Source of the DNA: Bugula neritina
Lineage: Eukaryota > Animalia > Bryozoa
Reading direction: 5' to 3'
Assembly (NCBI GenBank): GCA_964035545.1
Contig: CAXIUT010000282.1
Coordinates: forward strand, 28,822 to 57,841
Length of the DNA: 29,020 nucleotides
The notes below the pieces were generated by a model. It was not told where the DNA came from, did no database searches, and saw only the letters and a list, made by a program, of their open reading frames with translations. Positions within the stretch are counted from its first letter, which is position 1. Every line of letters begins with the position of its first letter. The position numbers were made by a program, and so were the translations under genes. Positions 1 through 11,261 of the stretch are shown here, in pieces.

Positions 1-80
1 CCAACCCCAACCCCAACCCCAACCCCAACCCCCAACCCCACCCCAACCCCAACCCCAACCCCAACCCCAACCCCAACCCC
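1..80 (+). repeat. Left telomere (CCCCAA)n
   Basis: Tandem C4A2 at the window start with two single-base variant units. This is the oligohymenophorean ciliate telomere repeat, in 5'-end orientation. Confidence 0.98.
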
Positions 81-123
81 TATCATGTCATAATTAGATA
101 TTAATGCAAATCAAACAATACAA

Positions 124-2765
124 TCATTGCTCTTGTTTTAACATCAATCCATAGTTTACCACATTTTTGTGTCTCAAAGCCTCATTAATCTCTTTTATAG
201 GAATATTCTTCTTCAAATCTTCTTTCATCTCAACATCTCCTGCCTTCTTTATGGCAGGATCAACAATTGGAAACAACTAAGGATTACGTGCCTGCATTCT
301 ATTCATCTCCAATAGTCCTCCTAAAGCATAAGCTTTAGCATCATAGTCCAATCTAGTATTCGGCTAGGCACCAACTGGTTTTTATTTTATTATTTAGACC
401 TATTTCACTATTTATTTGTTGACCTCTATTGGCACTTAAATAGGAATTTATTTGATGATTTCCACTTATTTAATAACCTCTACCACTTTTTATTTTATCT
501 TTTATACTGGAACTTCTACCTCAACATAAACTTATTGTGGAACCATAACTTCTTTTATTTTCTATATCTATTTTATCACTTCAATTTCAATAGTTTTTTA
601 TGACCTATATTTATTTTATCACTTACACTTCTTTTATCTTTTATACATACTCTATCTTTTCAACCTATTTTAGTACTTCAACTTCTTTAATAACTTCAAC
701 CTATTTTATTACTTCAACTTCTTTAATAACTTCAACTTAAACAACTTTAGGCACTTATTTTATTACTTCTCGAATTATTTCCTTTTATTTAAGTACTTCA
801 ATTTATACTTATTTAACAACTTCAACTATTTTATCTACTTGAATTTCTTTGATAATCTATATCTCTCTTATCACAGGTATTTCTACTATTTTTTAAATTT
901 AAACTATTTTATCTATGTACACTGGAACCTCAACAGTTTTTTATATAAAGACTTACTTGGGAACTTCGATTTCTCTTGAAACTTCAATTATATTTTATAT
1001 TTATACTTATACTATCTTCTATACTGGTACTTCAATTATCTTTTAAACTTAAATATAGACTTATATTATCTTTTAAACTGGAATCTAGATCATTCTCTCG
1101 ACCTAGATAATTCTTTAAACTTAGACAATTTTCTAAACTTCAATCTCTCGAACTACTTCGATTATTCTATCAACATAAACTTACACTTAAACTATCTTTT
1201 CAACCTCAATTATCCTCTAAGATATCTGTTCTTACCCTTAGATTTACTTATAAACAGGAACTTATATTATTTTTTAAACTTAAACTTCTTTTGTAATATA
1301 AATAATTTTCTAAACCTCAACTTCAACTATCTTTTAAACTTACACTATTTTTTACACTGGAATTTATACTATTTTTTCCATTGGAATTTATACTATTTTT
1401 TAAGTTTGAATTTCTACTATCTTTTAAACAGGGATTTATACTATTTTTTACACTGGAATTTATACTATTTTTTAAGTTGGAATTTATACTATCTTTTAAA
1501 CAGGGATTTATACTATCTTTTATATTAGAACTTATACTATCTTCTATATTTCAACTTATACTATTTTCTATATCTAAACTTCAATTATTTTTTATACAGG
1601 AAGTTATACTATTTTTTACACTGGAATTTATACTATTTTTTAAGTTTGAATTTACACTATCTTTTAGACTGGAACTTATATTATCTTTTAAACAGGGACT
1701 TATACTATCTTTTATACTAGAACTTATACTATCTTTTATATTTCAAGTTATACTATTTTCTATATCTAAACTTCAATTATTTTTTATACAGGAACTTATA
1801 CTATCTTTTCCACCTCAATAATTCTCTAAACAGGAACTTAAACAACTTTCTAAACTACCACTTCAACAACTTGTGCCATTTAGTCTCTGACTATCTGTTA
1901 AGTCTAAAGCTCATATGTTTCATCTACTCCCTTTCTGACTATTTTTTCTACTTAAACTATTTTTTCCACTTAGACTATTTTTTAAACTTCAATTGTTTTT
2001 TAAACTTAAATTGTTATAAATTTTTAAACTTATATCTATTTAGGTACTTCAACTATTCTTTATACCTCAATAATCTTTTAAACCTCAATAGTCTTCTCAA
2101 CCTAAACAACTTTATCTACATAAATAATTTTATCAACCTCAACTATTTTTCTCTTTTTAAACTTCTACAATAACAGGCACTTCTATCTATTTGACTACTT
2201 CTATCAAAGTAGGAGCTGTTTGTTCTTATCTTTAAATAAATTTATCCACATAAACTACTTTTTAAACTTAAACTGTAATTGCCTTTTATACTTATACTAT
2301 TTTTTCAACAAAAAGGACTTTTTAAGGTGCCTAAATCTATATCAATTTATAGTTGTCTCTAGATTTAGGTATCTATAATTTCATTGTTTTCTATGCAAAA
2401 TTTCTTAGCTCATCAGGTAAAGAAGAATATATTTCTTTGATTTTCAAAAAGTTAATAAGAAGTTGATAATTACAAACCATTGTTTAAAGTTGACTTTTAT
2501 AGTTCTAAAGCTATTAATCTTGACGAGTCTTCTTTTTATTTTATTTTATATTTGAAGCTTATTCTTTGCTGAATCTTTGCTATTTAATTTTAGCATACTA
2601 ATGACCAGTCTAGTCGGTATAATATGAAAAAAGATCATCTTAATAAAAGACCTTCTTGCATTCTTTAGAATCTCCTTCTATTTACTTAGTAACCCTATCT
2701 ATTTAATCTTGCAAATGTTGAGCTTATAGCAACTCCTTCATCTTCTCAGACTTTGACTCAGTCAT
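124..2765 (-). CDS. Alveolin/articulin/epiplasmin-like cortical cytoskeletal protein with EKIVEVPV and VEVIKE repeats (~879 aa)
   Basis: With TAR=Glu: ATG at 2765 (MTESKSEKMKELLE...), a long V/I/E/K/P charged-repeat domain, TGA at 126-124. Needs two +1 corrections at A-runs (plus-strand T runs 2146-2150 and 594-599). Family assignment rests on repeat composition only. Confidence 0.8.
1345..1810 (-). repeat. Coding tandem repeat, 24-nt unit (EKIVEIPV-like), with a ~192-nt higher-order duplication
   Basis: Recurring ctattttttacactggaatttata units. The block ctattttctatatctaaacttcaattattttttatacaggaa occurs at 1561 and again at 1753. Confidence 0.85.
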
Positions 2766-2925
2766 TTATAAGATAAATAATATCTATTTTTTAATTATCA
2801 TTTTTTTAGATCAACAATAGAATGATTTATCCTATTTTAAATTAATTCAAAGAATGTTTTTTGGAAAGATATAGTTTTATATGATTTTTAAGAAGTTTGT
2901 AACTTCCAATTTATAACATATACAA

Positions 2926-5900
2926 ATGTTAAACTAAACTAAAAAAGGGTCTTTAATGAGAAAATCAGCCCAAACTACCCAAACTCAACATCCAACAACA
3001 AGTCGATAACCAAGAAATAGCATAAAGAATGAACAGAAAAATAAATTTCTCTAAAAATCCCAGACATCTCAATCAAACTCTCAGCTATGGCTAGGCTGTC
3101 AGCACCCAACAAATCCAAAACAAATTCAAAATAGAACCCGAACAACTCTTCTTCAATGACTACGATACCCAACATGTCTACGAATCATAAGTAAAACTGA
3201 TAAACAATAGTCGATACATCCAAAGAATCAAAATAACCCCTCTAAAACAAAAATAATTCGCTATCAGTCATATCAAATATCCTAACTAAAATTCAGGAGA
3301 TATCGCACCTGGCATGTGCGTATCAGTATCGATAAGATTCCGTCCTCCCACTCTTAACGACTACCACGAATAGCTAATGATAATAGCAACCGATGGAGTC
3401 ATCAAAGTGCCCATAACTGCACAGAGATAAAGATGTCAGATAGGATGGCCTAAATAAATATAATGTGGGCATTGTTGGGTCGGCGATGTTATTAAAAAAG
3501 AAATCTTGTTGAAAAATGCAGGTGGTGATGCTGTTTTTACTTTAGTTGGATCATAATCAAATAGTAATGTCTTTAATAGTGGGTATTTTAAAATTAGTCC
3601 TACTAAACTCAACTTTGCTAGAAATACGAATCAAAAAATGGATATTTAATTTTTGCCTTAGAAAAAAGGAGTATTTAAACAAAGTATCAAATACAAAACT
3701 TAAGAAGGAGATCAAGAATAAGTGTAAATAGTTCTTGAAGGAGGTGCCTATAATGCACAAATTGTATTATAAGAACTAAATAATGAGAAAATGCTTGAAC
3801 AGAGAGTCAATAATAAACTTTATATTTAAAATAGTGAATTAGGTAGATAGATATGTTCTACAGTCAAAATAAGAAATCTAGCTGTTGTACAAGTAGACTA
3901 CTTCTGGAACTTTCCTTCTGCTAAAATATCTGTAGACAAAAAACAAGGTAAAATGAAACCTAGTGAACTGCTATAATTCAAAATAACAATGACTCCTTGT
4001 CAAATTACACCTTAAAACATATAACTCTAACTTTATCTTTACAATTTACCTGAAGAATCTCTAACAGGCAACGTTGTAGCAAAAAATATCGATGGAAAAG
4101 AAGCTATTCAATGTCTTAATGTCTAAGTAATTACTAAACCAATTAAATCTAATTTAGAAGTTTTTCCTCTTCATAGAAAAATAATACAACCACTATACTA
4201 AAACTACCCTATCAATTACATGTCACAATAGTCAACAATTCATCAGTAGGTCGTAAATTCAAAATATAAAAAATATCTGAAGATTAAAGTTTAGTTACTA
4301 GTTGTTCATAAATTTAAGGTCTTATTGAAGCTAATTCTCAAAAGAACATTGAAATTTCTTTTAATTTATAAAAGCTAACTAAAAGTACAAAACAAGTTCA
4401 CTATTTGGTATCATTCGACAACAGTGATTCTCAAATTTTTAGTCTCGAAGGAAAGTCAACTTACCCTGAAGTGATATTTAGCGACTAAATGCTTTATTAC
4501 GGACTATGTAAAACATACACAATGAATAAAAAGCAACTTATTCTAAAAAACATGCAAAAAAACTCCAATATAAATCAAAATAACAAACCAACACAGATTT
4601 CATATCCTAGATTATTATGATTTCTACTAATTCGAAGATTAAAGCTGCTATAAAAGAAAGTTCAATATCTATAATTCAACTACAGGTCAATAACTATTCT
4701 AATCTTTTGTGATACCTCCATAAAGCTAGCTTATTTTGGATTGCTATATAAACGTCATGGATGAATATCGATTGAACTAGATGTTTAGTTTTCAATAAAA
4801 AATGGCAAAAACATAAAAATAAATATTTTAGCATAAGTACAAGATGTTAGCATGTCAATCAGTCGATAAAATATCAATATGCGATAGATATACAAAGGAA
4901 ATATCTATAATTCTAACAAATTTTTAAACAAACAGCTTTAAATAAAAAATGATTGCAATCATGATTGTGGATATTAGATCTTGTAGCCACAATTCTAACA
5001 ATGTGATATAAAGATATCTCCTTTGAAAGGGATCATTAAAAAACAGTCAACTCAAAGAATTGATCTTCTATTATAACCTATTAAAACTGGGTAGTTTAAT
5101 TTTGATATAAAATGGAAATATTTGATGATTTTAAAGCCAATTAAGATCTTTATCCTTAAATAGAAGGAATCAAATTCAATAAACAAGATGGAATCAAATC
5201 ATTAGTCAAATAAAAGAATTTATAAATAGTAGGAACTATCAAAGGAATGGCGATGAACTATTATATAAAAGATGAAAGTCGTGCAAAAAAGATCAAAGTT
5301 AAGGTTGAAGATACTTCTCAAAGTATAAAGTTATCAACTTCAAATGCTTCCTTTCAAATGGGTTCAGTAAAAAGTTCAGCTAAACTCCACTAAAACTAGA
5401 AACTAGTATATCCAATTCTTTAATAACTAAACTTCTATAACTGTGAAATAAATAAAGTAAAACAAATATAAATACTAATTTAAAATGATTCAGGTCTAAC
5501 GACTGAATATTAGATAAAGGCTTAGCATTTTCATACTATGGAACGTCCTAAAACTTAAAAAAAGAATAATAAAGGATTAGTTAAAGTTGAATAAGAACCA
5601 TTTAGTTCAAAAATGGGTAAATAATTTATAAAAAATAGAGTTCTAGATATCTCACAAAAAGTCCATTTAGGCAATAATAAAGGCATAAGCATTCTTTGCT
5701 AACCATCATCTGGAATTCTTCATAAAAAACAAACCCAAAAAATAGTTATAACAATGTTCAACGATACAAGCGGCAGATTCAAAGATAACTTATTAATCGA
5801 TGTAAAAAATCACTAAATAAAAAAAATACCCATGAATTTAGATATTAGAGGAGCACCTGTAGCTCTATCAAGAAATCAACTAGGAATAGATTTTGGACAA

Positions 5901-7263
5901 GAAATACCAATGATGAATTTAGGAACAGTTTTACATTCAAACGGACTAGTAAAAAAGAATATCAAGGTTATTAATAATGGATTGAAATAAGTTTAAATTA
6001 AATGGTTGATATATCCATATAATAAAGTCTAAAAAGATAAAAATATATTTGATATTCAGTTTTAAGAAGCACCACCAGGTAGTGGAAATCTTGTCGAATT
6101 AAATTGGAAAGCGCTTAAACCATAAATTGATAAAAATTCTTATTTTAGTATCTAGCCAAGGTACAATATTATTTATTTAGATAGAGAAAGATAAAAGGTA
6201 GAGAAGAGGTCACTTTTACTCTTCTAATTCAATAAATAAAAGAAGTAGGTATCTTCAATAACCTTTTAATTTGCTAGCCTTGTCTTGTCTAAGGAACAAA
6301 ACGATCAGAAATGTAGAGTTTAGCTGTTGTAGCAAAAATAGAAGCTATATAGCCTTTTTTAACATCAGAAGTTGAGGTATTATTATTTTTATTAAGCAAA
6401 ATAATAAATTAAACCTTTTAGAAAGATATGCCAACCAATATGAAGAATATTAAACTGCAGCTAATTATCATTAGAGAATTATTAAACTTAAAAACAACCT
6501 GAACACCAATCTTACTTTTGACATTCACATCCAAAATCAAAAAGAATCATATTAATACTTCAAAATAGTAGACACAAAAACAAATTCTCCAGCCACTCCT
6601 TTTAACTAAGGCAAAAACATCCAAAAATCTTTTGTTATCACTGGCGATTCTATTCTCTTAACTAAAATATAATTCCAAGCAAATCCAAGTAATTTGAAAC
6701 ATTGGCCTCTATAATAAAAAATAAAGAAAGAAGCCTAACTGATTCTATCATATTCAAATGGAATAAAGCAAAGTGTCAAGATAGTCGGTTGGCTCTATCG
6801 ACCTTGGATACAAATTCAAATGCCAAATACCAACTTGCATTCCACATAAAATTGTTAAATAGATTTCGGTACTGTTCATATCAAAAATTCTAAAAAATAG
6901 ACAGTCTACCTGATAAACCCAACAAAAGTTGATGCAAAATGGACCATCTCATACATCAAATACAACCAATCCCTCAAATACAAATTTTAACCATCTCTTG
7001 AGAACAAAGTCGACGATGAAGATCAAACAAGTCAAGATGATAAGAAATGTTGGAGGTTGAGTAAAGATAGTGGAATAGTTAAAAATAAAACAATACCAGT
7101 CCACTACATTCCGACTACTTTGGCCCTTCCAGGACAAAATGATAAATATGCATAGACTCATAAACCTGTTCAACTTCAGATCATGTTCAAACCTTAGGCA
7201 AACGTATTATATAAAAGCAAATTTAGAATGGTTGTTAGCTAAGGTCAAACTTTTGATATTGTG
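2926..7263 (+). CDS. DLEC1: DLEC1/CFAP81-like ciliary central-apparatus protein, 3'-truncated by the internal telomere
   Basis: Motifs RMNRKINFSKNPRH, EPEQLFFNDY..VYE, SGDIAPGM, IECGHCWVGD..LKNAGG and C-terminal FKPEANVLYKSKFRMVVSEGQTFDIV resemble DLEC1. Introns 6161-6180 and 6377-6396. Frame corrections near 2960, 4200, 4560, 4800 and 5110. No stop before the C4A2 tract. Start uncertain (2926, 2956 or 3029). Confidence 0.82.
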
Positions 7264-7344
7264 CCCAACCCCAACCCCAACCCCAACCCCAACCCCAACC
7301 CCAACCCCAACCCCAACCCCAACCCCAACCCCAACCCCAACCCC
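7264..7344 (+). repeat. Internal telomeric tract (CCCCAA)n, 81 nt; probable left end of a second chromosome
   Basis: Perfect C4A2 units in 5'-end orientation, directly abutting DLEC1 coding sequence and followed by an AT-rich subtelomere containing a gene 3' end. Confidence 0.95.
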
Positions 7345-7409
7345 TTGCTAGTATAATCAATATTATTTGAATATAATTTACTAAAATAATCAAAATAATC
7401 AAAGATGAA

Positions 7410-8608
7410 TCAAAGAATATCACAATCCAATCCCATAATCCATTTACTGTTATGGCTATTTCCTTCTTTATCGAAAATCAGTCCATCTCCATGCGGCAAT
7501 CCTTCTGAAAACTATCCTTCATATGCTACTTTTCTTCCAGGATTTATCAACTTCCCCTTACCCTCACGCACATTCATCTTATATTAACCTTCATAAGTTA
7601 TCCCATTGTCAAATACATACATCCCAATCCCATTCTTAAACCCATTCTCAAAGCTACCTTCATATTTACCCGCAGGCTATGACAACTTCCCACGACCATG
7701 AAATTGCCCCTCCTCATTGAAAGTTCCCTCATATATATAATCTTATAAATCTTGAACCCAAGACAAAACACCAAATGACTTCTATCCGCTTTGATATAAC
7801 CCATTAAATTTGTGTTGCTTTCCTTCTTACTCTCCATCTCCATGGAATAGATTGTTCTTGAAGCCTCCCTTATAAATCAAAGGATCAGAATAATAATATC
7901 CGTTATCGCACTATGCTTTGTTATTATAGAATTATCCCTAGTAATAAGATCCATCAGGAAAGATGAAAATGCCTTCACCTTAGGCTTTACCATTTCTAAA
8001 ATCACCAACATATAAAGAATCATCTTTCTTGTAAAATTTACCAGAACCATTTGGCATCCCCTAAATCATCATATTTTTACATCTCTTATCTATCCCTCGT
8101 AGACTTATCCTCCATACTATTTCACAGATACATTTTATAACTTGAAATCTTTGTACCTTTCTGCATTAAATATACAGCTTACTATTATTATCCAGAACAT
8201 ATTGGACTCTTGGAGTTAGTTTAGGAACATTGTTGCTGAGTATACTTTGACTGTTGCTTTTTTCAAAAGGAGATAGCTAAAATTAAGGTTATTTGTTTGT
8301 TTATTTTTTTTTAATCGAAGAAGACGATACATGAGATCTGAAAGATTCATTCTGTTCATTTTTTATTTATCCCATGTTCAAACTCAGACTTACACTTTTC
8401 TATGGATATTAAAGATGATGAGATCTATTGATCTAAATGGACATAATAATACGCTTTATTTTTTTGAGGCTTTGTTATAAGATTCAATCGACTAACTTGT
8501 TTTTGGAATAGTTCTTAGCGGTTTAAGTGGGATTTACTTTATTTTTTAATGCTACTTTCTTGTAAAATCACCAGTTCTGCCATCTTCACAGCATTAATTG
8601 TTTCCCAT
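7410..8608 (-). CDS. MORN-repeat protein with N-terminal MGNNECC (predicted myristoylation plus palmitoylation), 378 aa
   Basis: Repeats VYEGEIRDGMPNGSGK, YVGDFRNGKAEGEG, YEGSFENGFKNGIG, YEGEYKMNVREGKG, YEGEFSEGLPHGDG. Introns 8433-8452, 8161-8182 and 8061-8080 restore a single frame. TGA at 7412-7410. Confidence 0.9.
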
Positions 8609-8769
8609 TAATATTATTAGTACTGATATCAACTCTGAAAAAACGTAAAAAAAAACAAATTCTGAGAATATGATGAATAAAACCAAATAGAATATAGCTA
8701 AAAATAAAAAGAATTGATATTCAAAGATATAGATAACTATTTTTTTATATAAAATTAATTTGATATCAA

Positions 8770-9161
8770 ATGTCTGTTATGAAAGCTAAAAGCATTATCC
8801 TCATTCTTGCACTTATCTTTTTGACCAATAGTTTAAAATTAGAAGTGCACGAGATGAAATTAGATTTCAGTTCTGTTATTAAGGACTCAATCAAAGACTA
8901 ATTGTAATACTTTTATGATCTAGAATTGCAAACATTGATAGATTTGCTAATCAAAAAACAGCTCAAGCTCTTAAAGCTGATCTATAATAATCAGATAACA
9001 ACAAAAGAACAATGAAATCGATTGATACTGCTACAGTTAATCAAATATTTTCTTTATTCAAACTCTAAGATCCAGGTTGTGATAAAAATAATGATGGTGT
9101 AGTATAAGGAGATTAGCTAAAATGTCTAGGCAAGTTATGGAAATACTATCTTCCTAAATGA
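8770..9161 (+). CDS. Small secreted protein with Cys-flanked EF-hand, paralog A (123 aa)
   Basis: Signal peptide MKAKSIILILALIFLTNS; intron 8904-8923; C-terminus DPGCDKNNDGVVEGDELKCLGKLWKYYLPK then TGA. Start may be the ATG at 8779. Confidence 0.88.
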
Positions 9162-9235
9162 TTTATCTCTATTATCTCGTTGTTTGACTTCAAATGAAAG
9201 AGTATTAAATTTAATGATATAATAACTTTGATATT

Positions 9236-9621
9236 ATGAAAGTTTTAACTTTGACAACACTCCTTGTTTTGATCTTCTTCACCAACTGCTGGACATATGC
9301 TGCTCATTAAATGAAAGGAGATGCGAGCAAAGTAGTCTTTGATGGCATTAAAAAATAACTGTAAAGTATCAGTAACTTAGACTCAATAATGTATTGAATA
9401 CTTTAACTAACAAAAATACCTCAAACTCATTAAAACAAGATCTATAACAAACTGACTCTTCAAAAATGACTTTAAAAGCTATTGATAATGCTAGCGTATC
9501 CCAAATATTCCAAGGATTTGGACTAAAAGATCCAAAATGTGATACAGATAAAGATGGACAAGTTTCAGGTGATGAGCTAAAATGTCTAGGAAAACTATGG
9601 AAATATTTCGTTCCTAAATGA
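9236..9621 (+). CDS. Small secreted protein with Cys-flanked EF-hand, paralog B (121 aa)
   Basis: Signal peptide MKVLTLTTLLVLIFFTNC; intron 9361-9380 at the same position and phase as in paralog A; C-terminus DPKCDTDKDGQVSGDELKCLGKLWKYFVPK then TGA. Confidence 0.88.
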
Positions 9622-9684
9622 TTCACCATATAATCATCAATATCTATCAAATAATTAAGATTAGAAAAAATATATCTTTGAATA

Positions 9685-10881
9685 TCATTGAGTTTATTTG
9701 AGTTTTTTACTACTTTGTGCTCTTGGAAAATTCAAAAAGGTTAATCCTTATTTTGAAAAAAACTTTTAATCATCATCAGAACTACTACTATCAATATATT
9801 TCATTTTTTATTATTTAGAGATATATTTAGGTTAAATACCTGTGGTCATTTGTTTATTGTTAGTTTAATTATTTCCAGAACTCAAAATTCTAAGAAGTTC
9901 TTCTTAATTAATAAAAACTTATCCATTTTCATAGCCAATCCAATCAATTTCTTTAAGCATTTTAATTTTATTAATATCTAATATGATTTAATAACTAGTC
10001 TATGACAATATTTGTCTCTAATTTCCTTTAGTTTTTATCAACTGAACAAATATCTTGTTATTTTCCCAAGAATAAAAAGCTATCGTTTTATGATTATTAC
10101 TATTTTGATATTATAAAATATCTGTTATTGCCCGACTATTATAATTTATTTTTTAAATAGTATTCATAATATTGGATTGCTATCGATATATTACAGATAA
10201 ATTAAGTGTTATTTTATTGTCTTTACCATAATTTGTCTTAGCTACATTACTTGCCTTAAGTAAATAATCAAGTGCTATCTATGGATATTACTTCTTTAGA
10301 ATTTTGAATGTCTAATAATAAGCCATTATTGCATAGTCAACCATTTCTTTCCTTTTTTAATCATCTTCTTGAATAAATTATAAAAGATACGATTCGTTGA
10401 GTTCGATACATTTCTTCAGACTTTTAAATGCTCTTTTTTATTAATTTATCAACAAGTAGTACTTCTATTCAAGTAAAAATGTTTTGTATAAAAGATATTA
10501 CATGGGACTGTCAAGAATCATATGTTTGGCTTTATTGAATTTGATTTGAATGTCTTCAAAATTATTAGAACTAAGATCGATCAATATTTCAAGCAACAGA
10601 GTTCGAATATTCAGTTCTAGGCCTCCACCATAAAGCGCAATATTATTTTTTATCAGCTATAAAGATAATAATTGAAAATTCGAGTTCTAAACTTCAGCTT
10701 TGATGATCAACAATTTCAGCATTTTCTAGAAAATAGGATAAAATTAGCCAAAAGCCAACTTTCTAGAAGCCTCATCTATTGTACTTTGCATTGTTTGAAA
10801 TAACTAGGATGAATCCTGTTTGAATCGTGTTGTTTTTATAGGAGTGCTTAAAGATGATCTAGAAGTGTTTTTTCTTATCAT
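9685..10881 (-). CDS. Hypothetical helical, TPR-like protein (398 aa)
   Basis: Uninterrupted 1197-nt ORF under table 30. Segments KRAFKSLKKCIELNE and IALDYLLKASNVAKTNYGKDNKITLNLSVIY are TPR-like. Function uncertain. Confidence 0.75.
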
Positions 10882-11261
10882 TCTTATCAATATAATTAAT
10901 GAGAATGCAAACTGAATATTTTTATTTAATTCAATTGAATAAATGCTAAGATAATTTTTCCAATATTTATTAAAGAATTATCAACTTTTCATATTTTATT
11001 CATTTATAAGATCTGAATAAAATCCCATCAAAACCCAATCATTTCTGACATCTATTATTTTCAATTTATCATCACATCTATCCAACAAAAATAATATAAA
11101 GAGTTAATATTAGATTAGTACTTAATTTGGATAATAAAAGTCAATAAGTTGATAGTTCAAGAGTTAAATATAAAAGAAATAGAAATAGTAAAAGTTTTGG
11201 ATTAATTCTTTTATTAAATTCTTCTTTAAATTACAATCGCAACATATCATTTATAGTTATT

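Noticed and set aside
1345-1810. Regular repeats resembling a CRISPR array
   Set aside because: No unique spacers, the period is a multiple of 3, it lies in a coding frame, and the context is eukaryotic with no cas genes.
1381-2173. ORF-track proteins 1381-1821 and 1871-2173 (+), hydrophobic F/L/I repeats
   Set aside because: Antisense shadows of the minus-strand EKIVEVPV repeat gene.
4160-4176. 17-nt GT..AG segment (gtttttcctcttcatag) as an intron fixing the DLEC1 frame
   Set aside because: It lacks the GTA start and the -6 A seen in all 13 accepted introns, and it would delete plausible coding sequence. A missing A near 4200 is simpler.
7139-7423. PTPTPT and GWGWGW ORFs
   Set aside because: Translations of the telomeric C4A2/G4T2 tract.
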